A stretch of DNA of 60,625 bases from Planctomycetaceae bacterium (GCA_007127095.1 SKZY01000185.1:1-60625); one strand, 5' to 3'. Shown: positions 8,431 to 16,992, numbered from the stretch's first letter. Translations and numbers: made by a program. The notes: generated by a model from the letters alone, not told the origin.

Positions 8431-9255
8431 ATGCTGTCCGGGAAGCCATCGGATACGGCTCGACCCGGCCGACAAATGCCTCCGACCAAGTTCCATCGCC
8501 CTATGCCCGTCCAAATCGTCATTCCGGCGCGTTTGGCGTCGACGCGTCTGCCCGAAAAGCTGTTGCTGAGTGTCGGAGGCAAGTCGATTCTGCAATACAC
8601 TTACGAAGCCGCTCGGCGTTCGAGAATCGCTGTCGGCGTGATCGCCGCGGTCGATGATCCTCGTTTGGCGCATGAGGTCGCCTCGTTTGGTGGCCAAGCC
8701 CGCCTGACCAGCCCGGATTGTCAGAGCGGGACCGATCGTATCGCCGAATTGGCTGCCGAGATGCCGGAGGTCGATATTTTCGTCAATGTCCAGGGAGATG
8801 AGCCGGAAATCGATCCGGCCGCGATCGACCTGGTCGCTCAGACGCTGATCGACCATCCCGAGGCCGACATGGCAACGGTCGCTCGCCCGATCCGCGACGC
8901 CGATGACCTGAATAACCCCAATTGTGTCAAAGTGGTGATCGGCGGGAATCACCGCGCCATCTACTTCAGCCGTGCGGCAGTCCCTTTTCCCCGCGAAGGG
9001 CTGACCCCGGCGGTGTTACAGCGTGAGCCACCTGTCTATTGGCATCACATCGGACTCTACGCCTACCGCCGCGACTTTCTGGTGTGGTTCGCGGCGCAGC
9101 CGCCGGCTCCGCTCGAGGAGGTCGAAAAACTCGAGCAACTGCGAGCGATCGACGCCGATCGCACGATCGTCGTGGCAAGGGTCGAATCGGCCGCCACAGG
9201 GATCGACACGCTGCAAGATTTCCAAGCCTTCGCGGAGCGACACGGCGAAACCTGA
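8431..9255 (+). CDS. kdsB: 3-deoxy-manno-octulosonate cytidylyltransferase (CMP-KDO synthetase)
   Basis: Motifs IVIPARLASTRLPEKLL, VNVQGDEPEIDP and HIGLYAYRRDFL. The ATG at 8431 lies 1 nt after the regulator's TAA. In-frame ATGs at 8476 and 8503 are alternative starts. Confidence 0.9.
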   Translation: MLSGKPSDTARPGRQMPPTKFHRPMPVQIVIPARLASTRLPEKLLLSVGGKSILQYTYEAARRSRIAVGVIAAVDDPRLAHEVASFGGQARLTSPDCQSGTDRIAELAAEMPEVDIFVNVQGDEPEIDPAAIDLVAQTLIDHPEADMATVARPIRDADDLNNPNCVKVVIGGNHRAIYFSRAAVPFPREGLTPAVLQREPPVYWHHIGLYAYRRDFLVWFAAQPPAPLEEVEKLEQLRAIDADRTIVVARVESAATGIDTLQDFQAFAERHGET

Positions 9256-9265
9256 CCCGTTTTCC

Positions 9266-9700
9266 TCAGACCTGTCCCTTGATCGTCCGCTGGGCTAGCG
9301 GCCAGGCCTGCTCCAGATGTTCCAGATAACGGTCGACATCGAGCAAATCCTCAGCCGATTCGGTGGCGATCTCGATCATCCAACCGCCGTCATAGGTATC
9401 GACATTGATCACCGAAGGGTCAGACAGCGCCTCGGCGTTCAGCCCGCTGAGCCGACCGACGGTCGGTGAATAAAGGTCGCTCTCCGCCTTCTTGCTCTCG
9501 ATCGACCCGAGTTGCTGGCGACGTGAGATCTCGGTCGACGGCTCGACTACCCAATCGAGGAAATAAACATCCTGGAGTAGCCTTACGGCATAGGCGGTCA
9601 AGCCGAACCGATAGACTCCAGCAGCGACCTGACGGGCCCACATATGGTTGGTCGTGTATTTCAACTCGGCGGGAAAGACGGCTTCGAACTCGCCCATCAT
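9266..9700 (-). CDS. Glycine-cleavage H-protein-like lipoyl-carrier domain protein
   Basis: FPAELKYTTNHMWAR is a GcvH N-terminal signature. IESKKAESDLYSPTVG aligns to E. coli VESVKAASDIYAPVSG, so the lipoyl-Lys position is conserved. I chose the ATG at 9700. An alternative GTG at 9742 overlaps the upstream stop as GTGA. Confidence 0.8.
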   Translation of the reverse strand: MMGEFEAVFPAELKYTTNHMWARQVAAGVYRFGLTAYAVRLLQDVYFLDWVVEPSTEISRRQQLGSIESKKAESDLYSPTVGRLSGLNAEALSDPSVINVDTYDGGWMIEIATESAEDLLDVDRYLEHLEQAWPLAQRTIKGQV

Positions 9701-9738
9701 GAACCGCTTGACCGCATCGCCCGCAGCAGCTCCTTCGC

Positions 9739-11064
9739 TCACGTGTAGCGAACCCCCTGATGCTCGGGCTCGAAGAATGCGGGCAACAACGAATCGGCTC
9801 GCATCAAGCCTTCTCGCGTCAGGCGGACCTGGTCGCCGTCGATGACGACAAGCTCGTCCTTGACATGTCCGGCCCAAACATCGGCCCAACGTTGGAGCAC
9901 ATCGACATCAAACTTGTCTCGGAAATAGCTCGCATCGAGATAACCACGCTTGAGCAACAAGATCATCTCGCGGACCAACAATTGATGTTCTGTCGGCACC
10001 AACCCTCGGCCTAGCGGCAGTTTTCCACCCTCGACCGCTTCATAATACTTATCCAACTCAGCCAAATTCTGGTAATGGATGCCGCTGACATGGCCAAAAC
10101 TGGCGATCCCGGTGGCGAGCAGGTCGGCGCCTTGCCAGAGGTTGTCGCGATAGGAAAAGTTTACTTTCTGAGCGTCCTTAACCATCGTGTAAGCGCTGCT
10201 GACGCTGTAACCGGCTTGCTCCAATTCGGTAAAGGCGTAATCGACCCAGGCTCGCTTGGTCGGCCAGTCGGCGACCGGCGTGGCGATCTTGTTGCCCAAA
10301 ATGTCGGCGCTATAAACCGTGTTGAACGGCAATTCCATCTGGTAGATCGTGACACTGTCAGGACTCATGTCGATCGTCTGCCGAATGTTATCCTTCCAAT
10401 TGTCCCAGCTTTCGCCGACCATCCCCGAAATCAGATCGATGTTGACGTTGGCAAAGCCGGCCGCTCGGATCCAATCCCAAGCGGCGAAAACCTGCTTCGA
10501 AAGGTGGGCCCGGCCATTCTCCTCCAGCAATTGGTCACTGAAATTCTCGACCCCCAGGCTCAAGCGTGTCACGCCGAGTTGCTCGCGTAGCGTCTTGACC
10601 TTGGTCTCACTGAGCGTCCCCGGTTCGCACTCAAAGGTCACTTCCTCGGCGCCGTCCCAGGTGATGTGTTGGTGGAGTCGGTCTGCCAACGCGGTCAACT
10701 GCTTGGGCGACAGGAAGCTCGGCGTGCCGCCACCGAAGTAGACGAACCGGAAGGGCCGTTCGCCCATCACCTCCAGACGCGAAACCATCGAGATCTCCTC
10801 ACACAACGCGTCGACGTAGCGCTGGACCTCGGCCGCCTTGACATCGGTAAAAACCTTGAAATAGCAGAACTTGCAACGTTTGCGACAAAACGGGATGTGC
10901 AGGTAAAGCCCCAACGGCGTACTCACCTGGGGTGGCGAATGGAGCGCCCGCTCGACCTCCGACAAAGCGTCACGATTCCACTGACTGTACGGCGGATAAT
11001 TGGAAATAAAATAGCTGCCGATCTCGGTCTTCGAGTCGGTGCGTTTGCTTTCGGCTGTACTCAT
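9739..11064 (-). CDS. HemN-like radical SAM protein (oxygen-independent coproporphyrinogen-III oxidase family)
   Basis: CxxxCxxC cluster motif in LHIPFCRKRCKFCYFKV. Also YFGGGTPS and a HemN_C-like tail. The track ORF start (11202) was trimmed to the ATG at 11064 (MSTAESKRTDS...). Confidence 0.85.
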   Translation of the reverse strand: MSTAESKRTDSKTEIGSYFISNYPPYSQWNRDALSEVERALHSPPQVSTPLGLYLHIPFCRKRCKFCYFKVFTDVKAAEVQRYVDALCEEISMVSRLEVMGERPFRFVYFGGGTPSFLSPKQLTALADRLHQHITWDGAEEVTFECEPGTLSETKVKTLREQLGVTRLSLGVENFSDQLLEENGRAHLSKQVFAAWDWIRAAGFANVNIDLISGMVGESWDNWKDNIRQTIDMSPDSVTIYQMELPFNTVYSADILGNKIATPVADWPTKRAWVDYAFTELEQAGYSVSSAYTMVKDAQKVNFSYRDNLWQGADLLATGIASFGHVSGIHYQNLAELDKYYEAVEGGKLPLGRGLVPTEHQLLVREMILLLKRGYLDASYFRDKFDVDVLQRWADVWAGHVKDELVVIDGDQVRLTREGLMRADSLLPAFFEPEHQGVRYT

Positions 11065-11164
11065 GGCATTTATTTTCGTCGAACGTTCCGGTGCGAGCAG
11101 ATAAACCTGCTTCCGTGACCAACACGGCCCCAGCCGCCGGCCCCACAACTGTAAACGGAATACT

Positions 11165-11230
11165 GTGAGCGGAACGGCGCTAGCCGCCGGCCCCACAACC
11201 AAGGCCGGCGGCTAGCGCCGTACCGCTCAC
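11165..11230. repeat. Long inverted repeat (28-nt arms, 1 mismatch, 10-nt loop); possible terminator, attenuator or REP-like element
   Basis: Left arm GTGAGCGGAACGGCGCTAGCCGCCGGCC (11165-11192), loop CCACAACCAA, right arm GGCCGGCGGCTAGCGCCGTACCGCTCAC (11203-11230). It sits in the 247-bp gap between two minus-strand genes. The 18-mer AGCCGCCGGCCCCACAAC also occurs 50 bp upstream (11132-11149). Confidence 0.9.
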
Positions 11231-11311
11231 CGAACCAACGCTGGCTCGTATTGTAACCGCGCTGCTGGGCGAGGATCACCCGGTGCTGACTTACCAAACG
11301 CTGGCAGCGTC

Positions 11312-12493
11312 TTACGGGGCCGCAAAACAACGGACGATCCCACGGCTATCGGCGATCAGCAGCTTGCCATCGACGATCGCCGGACCGCTGGTGAATTGGC
11401 CACGGATTTCGAATTGCCAGCGTTCTTCGCCGTCGGCCAGCGACAACCGCGTCAATCGACCGTCGGTCGAAGCGATCCAAACGTCATCTCCGGCGATCAC
11501 TGGCGAAGCGTCGGCCCGCCGACGCAGCGTGTACCGCCATCGCGGTTCGCCGGTCTCGACGTCGAGCGCATCGACCTGGCGGTTTTGACTGACGACCACC
11601 AGCGTGTTTCCCGAAACCGCAGGGCTGGTCCGGTATTCCTGCGGACGATCGGAATCGACATGCCGCCACAGTTCTTGATTTTTTTTCCAATCGATCGCGA
11701 TCACGGCCCCATCCATGATCGGCAAGAACGCCCGATCACCGAGGATCGCTGGTGTGCTGCCGGTGGGCCCGCCTAGCGGCAGCGGTTCGACCGACGATTT
11801 GCCGTCGCCGATCGCCACCGTGTGCAGGTTGCCGTCGCAGCCGCCCAGGAACGTCCGGTCACCGGCGATCGATGGGCTGCACTGAATCTGGTCGCTCGTC
11901 TCATACGTCCAGCCGAGCGTTCCGGTCTCCCGTGACAGGCTGTAGAGATTTCCGTCCTGTGACGCGATCAAGACTCGGCCGTCAAAAAAGGCCGCATCGG
12001 CTCCGATCTCGCCACCCACATCCTGGGTCCATCGCAACTTACCGGTTTCGGTATCGACGCCGTAGACCTTGCCATCGAGATCACCGATTACCAACAAATC
12101 GCCATCGACCGCTGGGCCGCCAGCGAACCCGATATCGGTCGCTAACCTCCAGATCTCTTGTCCATCGGCGGCTGAGAGGGCGTACACCATTCCCGCGATG
12201 TCGGCGATGAAGACCCGGTCTCCGACGACCACCGGCGGGGCATCGACCGGCTCGTCAGCGGAAAACTCCCATTTCACGACAAGGTTTTCAGGGAGTCGAA
12301 CGTCGGTCGAACCGGTCGCTTGGGCGTCACCGCGGCCGAGCGGCCAATCGGCGACAGCCGATCCCGTGGCAACTCCCAGCGTGAGCGTCAACATCGCTAG
12401 AACAGGCACAATCGCGTGAATCACCGAGCGGGGGGTGGCAAGGCGCGCGAATCGGTGACCGATGACGGCAATGGTTGTAGGCAATGTGATCAT
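11312..12493 (-). CDS. PQQ-like beta-propeller repeat protein (BamB-like fold), secreted
   Basis: Repeated propeller blade motifs (VVVGDRVFIADIAGMVYALSAADGQEIWR, LLVIGDLDGKVYGVDTETGKLRW, VLIASQDGNLYSLSRETGTLGW, and others). Signal-like N-terminus from the ATG at 12493 (MITLPTTIAVIG...AVADWP). The track start at 12943 would overlap aroDE and was rejected. Confidence 0.8.
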   Translation of the reverse strand: MITLPTTIAVIGHRFARLATPRSVIHAIVPVLAMLTLTLGVATGSAVADWPLGRGDAQATGSTDVRLPENLVVKWEFSADEPVDAPPVVVGDRVFIADIAGMVYALSAADGQEIWRLATDIGFAGGPAVDGDLLVIGDLDGKVYGVDTETGKLRWTQDVGGEIGADAAFFDGRVLIASQDGNLYSLSRETGTLGWTYETSDQIQCSPSIAGDRTFLGGCDGNLHTVAIGDGKSSVEPLPLGGPTGSTPAILGDRAFLPIMDGAVIAIDWKKNQELWRHVDSDRPQEYRTSPAVSGNTLVVVSQNRQVDALDVETGEPRWRYTLRRRADASPVIAGDDVWIASTDGRLTRLSLADGEERWQFEIRGQFTSGPAIVDGKLLIADSRGIVRCFAAP

Positions 12494-12571
12494 AGCTCGT
12501 ATTATATACGCCACGGCCAGCCCTGAACGGGCGTGATGGCCATTGCCAGTTTCCCCGCACCGCTTGACTTC

Positions 12572-14062
12572 ATGATTTGTGTAAGCCTCGGACGTACCCG
12601 TCACAAGCACATGATCGCCGAACACCGACACTTGGCCGAAAACGGCGTCAAGTTGGTCGAGCTGCGGCTCGATTTCATCGGCCGGGCGGTCAATCTGAAA
12701 CGACTGATCGGTGACCGACCGACGCCCGTCCTGGTCACGGTTCGACGGCGTGAGGACGGCGGACGTTGGTTGGGTAGCGAGGCCGATCGCCAAATGCTGC
12801 TCCGCTCCGCGATCGTCTCGGGCGTTGAATACGTCGACCTCGAAGCCGATATCGCCAGCAGCATCCCCCGGTATGGGAATACCAAACGTGTCATCAGCTT
12901 CCACGATTTCGGCGGTACGCCCGATAATCTCGAGGAACTGCACGCGGCGATGGCCGAGGAGGACGCCGACATCGTCAAGATCGCCACGATCGCAAACAGT
13001 TTCGACGACAACGTCCGGATGTTGGAATTGGTCAAAAATGCTACCGTGCCGACGATCGGGATCTGTATGGGCGAAATCGGGATGATGACCCGTATCCTGG
13101 CCTGTCGGGTCGGTTCACCCTTCACCTACGCCACCTACAGCAACGAACGGAAATTGGCTCCCGGTCAACTGAACTACAAAGTGATGCACGATTTGTATCG
13201 CTACGACGAGATTGACGAGCAGACCGAATTGTTCGGCGTCGTCGCCGACCCGGTCGCCCACAGCCACAGCCCGTTGATCCACAACCGCTCGTTCCAACAC
13301 GCCGGACTCAACGCCCGTTACCTCCCCTTCCGAGTCCCCGAAGACGACCTCAATACGTTCATCAAGGCCTGTCCGGGACTCGGCATTCAAGGGATCAGCA
13401 TCACGATCCCGCACAAAGAACGGGCGCTCGACTACTGCACCCGTGCCGAGGCGTCGGCAACCGGGATCGGAGCGATCAACACGATGATTTTCGACAACGA
13501 CGATCGTCTCGGGTTCAACACCGACTACCGTGCGGCGATGGATTGCATCAATGCGGCGTATCAAAAAGATGCCGAAGAGGTCTCGCACCGAGGCCGCCGC
13601 GTGCTGGTACTCGGAGCTGGCGGTGTCGCCCGGGCGATCGCTTGGGGGCTGAAACAGCGAGGCGCCGAAGTCACGATCTGCAATCGATCGCGGGAACGTG
13701 CGGAATTGCTCGCCCACGAACTCGGCACCCGCGTGATCGGTTGGGACGAACGCAACGCTCAAAAACCACAATTGTTGATCAACGGCACCTCCGTGGGGAT
13801 GCACCCCGATGTCGATCTGTCGCCGATCGATAAGTCGATGTTGAACAATCTGATGGTCGTCTTCGATACTGTCTACAACCCCGAGAACACGCTGTTGATC
13901 AAACAGGCCCGCGAAGCCAAGGCGCGGGTCATCACCGGCGTTGACATGTTCGTCCGCCAAGCGGCCTATCAGTACAAGCTGTTCACCGGCAGCGAGGCAC
14001 CGGCTCAATTAATGCGTGACGCGATCAAAGAAGCGACCAGCCCGGTCCGGCTAATTCAGTAG
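12572..14062 (+). CDS. aroDE: Bifunctional 3-dehydroquinate dehydratase (type I) / shikimate 5-dehydrogenase
   Basis: N-terminal type I DHQase region (MICVSLGRTRHK...VELRLDF...VRRREDGG...KIAT). C-terminal AroE region (LFGVVADPVAHSHSPLIHN, ISITIPHK, NTDY, LGAGGVARA). The ATG at 12572 is preferred over 12533. Confidence 0.9.
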   Translation: MICVSLGRTRHKHMIAEHRHLAENGVKLVELRLDFIGRAVNLKRLIGDRPTPVLVTVRRREDGGRWLGSEADRQMLLRSAIVSGVEYVDLEADIASSIPRYGNTKRVISFHDFGGTPDNLEELHAAMAEEDADIVKIATIANSFDDNVRMLELVKNATVPTIGICMGEIGMMTRILACRVGSPFTYATYSNERKLAPGQLNYKVMHDLYRYDEIDEQTELFGVVADPVAHSHSPLIHNRSFQHAGLNARYLPFRVPEDDLNTFIKACPGLGIQGISITIPHKERALDYCTRAEASATGIGAINTMIFDNDDRLGFNTDYRAAMDCINAAYQKDAEEVSHRGRRVLVLGAGGVARAIAWGLKQRGAEVTICNRSRERAELLAHELGTRVIGWDERNAQKPQLLINGTSVGMHPDVDLSPIDKSMLNNLMVVFDTVYNPENTLLIKQAREAKARVITGVDMFVRQAAYQYKLFTGSEAPAQLMRDAIKEATSPVRLIQ

Positions 14063-14072
14063 GTTGACACGG

Positions 14073-14522
14073 ATGACCGATTCCCACCAAGCGGCGGTGC
14101 TCGCCAAGATCACCTATCGCCAGGCGACCCCCGAGGATGCCGATGCGATCCATGCGATCCTCCGACCCTACGTCACCAATCACAAACTGTTCGCCCGTAC
14201 CGAGGCCGAGGTGATCGAATTGACCCGTCACGGGTTCATCGCCGAAGCCGAAGGTCGCGTCGTCGGCTTTGCCGCCGTCGAGGTTTATAGCCGCAAGCTG
14301 GCCGAAGTCCAATCACTGGCCGTCCATGTTGATTATCAAGCCCGCGGCATCGGCCAAGAGCTGGTCGGCCGCTGCGTCCAACGAGCCAAAGAGTTGGGCG
14401 TCGTCGAGGTGATGGCGATCAGCAGCAGCGAAGATTTTCTCAAACGTTGCGGCTTCGACTACGCCTTACCCGACCAAAAACGCGCCCTGTTCTACCAACT
14501 ACAACCCCGCTCACTCGATTGA
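14073..14522 (+). CDS. GNAT family N-acetyltransferase
   Basis: The acetyl-CoA binding core is LAVHVDYQARGIGQELVGRCVQRAKELG. The track ORF begins with TTG at 14064; the first ATG is at 14073. Confidence 0.8.
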   Translation: MTDSHQAAVLAKITYRQATPEDADAIHAILRPYVTNHKLFARTEAEVIELTRHGFIAEAEGRVVGFAAVEVYSRKLAEVQSLAVHVDYQARGIGQELVGRCVQRAKELGVVEVMAISSSEDFLKRCGFDYALPDQKRALFYQLQPRSLD

Positions 14523-14616
14523 CGCGGCTACGGATCCGCTTAATTCTGTCGCAACTGGGAATTTTGGTCCATGTTTCATTCGGCAACCTGAATTCCGCAC
14601 TTTGCTGAGGAATCGA

Positions 14617-15390
14617 ATGCAGCGTCTACTGATAATCGGCTTCGAACAAGCAGGGCACTGGATATTGGATGGTCAGCACCTACGGTGCAATCTCACGAAA
14701 TTCAGGACCAAAGAGAACGTGCTGTATGCCTTCGTGGTCGATCTAGAGGTCAAGTATATCGGCAAAACCACGCAACAGCTTTATAAGCGGATGTATGGGT
14801 ACATGAAGCCTGGAGCATTGCAGACTACCAATATCCGAGGCCACGAGTCGATCCGAGAGTGCTTGCAGTCAGATGCTGCGGTGGATGTCTATGTCTTGCC
14901 CGATAACGGCCTCATGCACTATGGTGACTTTCATATCAATCTGGCTGCCGGTCTTGAAGACAGCCTGATCGCGACAATCAAGCCTGATTGGAACGGTGGT
15001 AAACTCAGCCCGAAAGCGATCGCGGCCGAGACGGAAGAGTGCGACGCTGCTGAGTTCCCTGTTCCCTTTCCGGCGTCGTATTCATTTGAGTTCAGATTAC
15101 AGCCTACCTATTTTTCAAGGGGCTTTTTCAATGTCGCCAAGGAACATTCGGACAAACTCGGCGAGGATGGTCAGCAGATCGAAATCTATTGTGGCGACTT
15201 GCCCACACCGCTGACAGCTGTGATAAACCGTCAATCCAACGGGAATGGAACGCCTCGGATTCTCGGCGGTGTTCAACTCCGCAACTGGATTCAGTCGGTG
15301 TTCACTGCGGGTGATAGCGTGTTGGTCGACGTTTATTCGCCCGTCAGCATTCGACTGTCGAGAGCGGGCATTGCTACGAACGCTAATTGA
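14617..15390 (+). CDS. GIY-YIG nuclease domain protein with uncharacterised C-terminal domain
   Basis: GIY-YIG signature VLYAF-x7-KYIGKT, then R in LYKRMYGY, then E/N in LEDSLIATIKPDWN. The C-terminal ~110 aa (YFSRGFFNV...INRQSNGNGTPRILGG...) are unassigned. Hand counts of two 60-nt lines give 47% and 57% GC, against about 67% for one alaS line. The track start is TTG at 14602; the first ATG is at 14617. Confidence 0.75.
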   Translation: MQRLLIIGFEQAGHWILDGQHLRCNLTKFRTKENVLYAFVVDLEVKYIGKTTQQLYKRMYGYMKPGALQTTNIRGHESIRECLQSDAAVDVYVLPDNGLMHYGDFHINLAAGLEDSLIATIKPDWNGGKLSPKAIAAETEECDAAEFPVPFPASYSFEFRLQPTYFSRGFFNVAKEHSDKLGEDGQQIEIYCGDLPTPLTAVINRQSNGNGTPRILGGVQLRNWIQSVFTAGDSVLVDVYSPVSIRLSRAGIATNAN

Positions 15391-15438
15391 TGGCGAACCT
15401 GGACGGTTCATTCCGGTCCCGCGTAGACGGTCCGGCAT

Positions 15439-16992
15439 TCAATCCTGTAGCGACGCGCCCAGCGGGACCAGTGGATTGAAACGATCGACGGGTTCACCGG
15501 CCGACCAGGCGATGCCGCGAAATATTAGGATGCGGTACAGCGGGTCATCGAAGGTCCAAGAGTAATGACCGGGGACCGAGACAAAGACGCGGCCGCGGTC
15601 GGGTTCGACGGTCCAGAACAGTGGGCGCGGATGCCCCGACTCGCTGGCTGACGCGAGTTCCCGGATGCCAGACGCATCCCCCTGCAGCGACCAATAGCTT
15701 TCATCGTGCAGCCGAACCGTGGCAAAGTTCCTCGCGATCGGGTGCCGCGAATCGGCCGCAAAGTGCAATTGCAGCGGGCCGTGCCGGTAGCGTGTGTGCG
15801 CGGCGTCCGAAGCGAGTCCGATCCGGTTGGCAAACTGTGGCGCCTCCGAACCGCCCTCAATCGCCCAGTGGATATAGACCAATCCGCCGCCACGCGCCAG
15901 ATGCGCGTCGATCGCGGCGGCCCGCTGCTGATTCCATGCCCCTTTCTGATAGAAGACGATCGTATCAACCGCTAGCAACTGCTCCGGCTCAGGCCACTCC
16001 ATCGCAGTGTCCACCGATACACCCGGTGCCGCGGCAAGCAACTCGCTCCACGCCTCCAACCACGCCGGATAATCATGTTCACCCGGACCATGATCTTTTG
16101 CTCCGGCAACCAACAGAAGTCGCAGTGGCCTGATATCGGGCGTGGGAGCGCTGTCGGTGTTGAAACGCGGATCCGAACCCTCCAGCACAGCGCTGACTTC
16201 GCTGCGAGCCCGCGGCGGCGGCGCCGGTAGGGGAGAATCGGCGGGCATCCGCGGCGGCTGACGCAACAGGTATGCCAGCAAATCGCCATCCGCATTGAAG
16301 GCCATCCCGATCGTGAAGCGAACGCCGGTGCAGAGTGTGGAGCGACTGGAGAGGTCGGGCTCGATCCGCTGGATCGTGCCACGTTCGCTGGATAAGTCGA
16401 AATGCGATACGCCGGCTTCGTCCAGCAGGTAAGCATTGTTGTAGGCGGCCGTTCCTAATCCGAAATAGATCGCACCATCGCTCGGATCGATCGCAACACC
16501 GACTGCATCGACATTTTGCGGGATCTCTTTCCAACCGCTGGCGATGATGCGCTCGGTGTCCGCCACACCGTCACCGTCGGTATCAAGAATCGCGGAAACC
16601 TTGCCTTTAGACGCGACGACAACGCCGCTTGCCGTACTTTCACCGCCGGTCGCAGCAGTCAACAACGGGTGTTCCGGCGGGATCACCGCCATCCCGATCG
16701 GACCCCGCAAGCGGCCACGACTTTCGAAGAACAATTCCTTACGGTCTTCCAACTGGTCGCCGTCGGTGTCGCTCAGCAACCAGATATCACCGCTGTACGC
16801 CAACGCATACAGTTTTCCATCGCGTCGGTACTTCAGACTGTTGATATTGGTCAACTCGATCGGCAACTCCCGAACTTCGAATCCAGGCACCAGCATTTGC
16901 ACGGTCGGCGATTCTGCGACCGCCACCGCGGCGAGCAAGCTGCACCACAACACCGACAAGGCACCGCCGAGTCTTCGTAAAATCCCCTTCAT
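15439..16992 (-). CDS. Secreted fusion protein: N-terminal dehydrogenase-like beta-propeller fragment + C-terminal ThuA (trehalose-utilisation-like) domain
   Basis: Signal peptide MKGILRRLGGALSVLWCSLLAAVAVA. The N-terminal region (LVPGFEVRELP...GPIGMAV...DTDGDGVAD) resembles planctomycete membrane-bound dehydrogenase propellers. The C-terminal region (LLLVAGAKDHGPGEHDY...VYIHWA...FWTVEPDRGRVFVSVPGH) is ThuA-like. Confidence 0.75.
   Translation of the reverse strand: MKGILRRLGGALSVLWCSLLAAVAVAESPTVQMLVPGFEVRELPIELTNINSLKYRRDGKLYALAYSGDIWLLSDTDGDQLEDRKELFFESRGRLRGPIGMAVIPPEHPLLTAATGGESTASGVVVASKGKVSAILDTDGDGVADTERIIASGWKEIPQNVDAVGVAIDPSDGAIYFGLGTAAYNNAYLLDEAGVSHFDLSSERGTIQRIEPDLSSRSTLCTGVRFTIGMAFNADGDLLAYLLRQPPRMPADSPLPAPPPRARSEVSAVLEGSDPRFNTDSAPTPDIRPLRLLLVAGAKDHGPGEHDYPAWLEAWSELLAAAPGVSVDTAMEWPEPEQLLAVDTIVFYQKGAWNQQRAAAIDAHLARGGGLVYIHWAIEGGSEAPQFANRIGLASDAAHTRYRHGPLQLHFAADSRHPIARNFATVRLHDESYWSLQGDASGIRELASASESGHPRPLFWTVEPDRGRVFVSVPGHYSWTFDDPLYRILIFRGIAWSAGEPVDRFNPLVPLGASLQD

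Noticed and set aside
8233-8952. 239-aa minus-strand ORF
   Set aside because: It is antisense across the response regulator/kdsB junction. Both plus-strand genes have strong family motifs.
12494-12943. Upstream extension of the PQQ-propeller ORF (track start 12943)
   Set aside because: It would run antisense through the start of aroDE. The signal-peptide-like sequence begins at the ATG at 12493.
13115-14008. 297-aa minus-strand ORF
   Set aside because: It is antisense to the AroE half of aroDE. No motifs; a shadow ORF.
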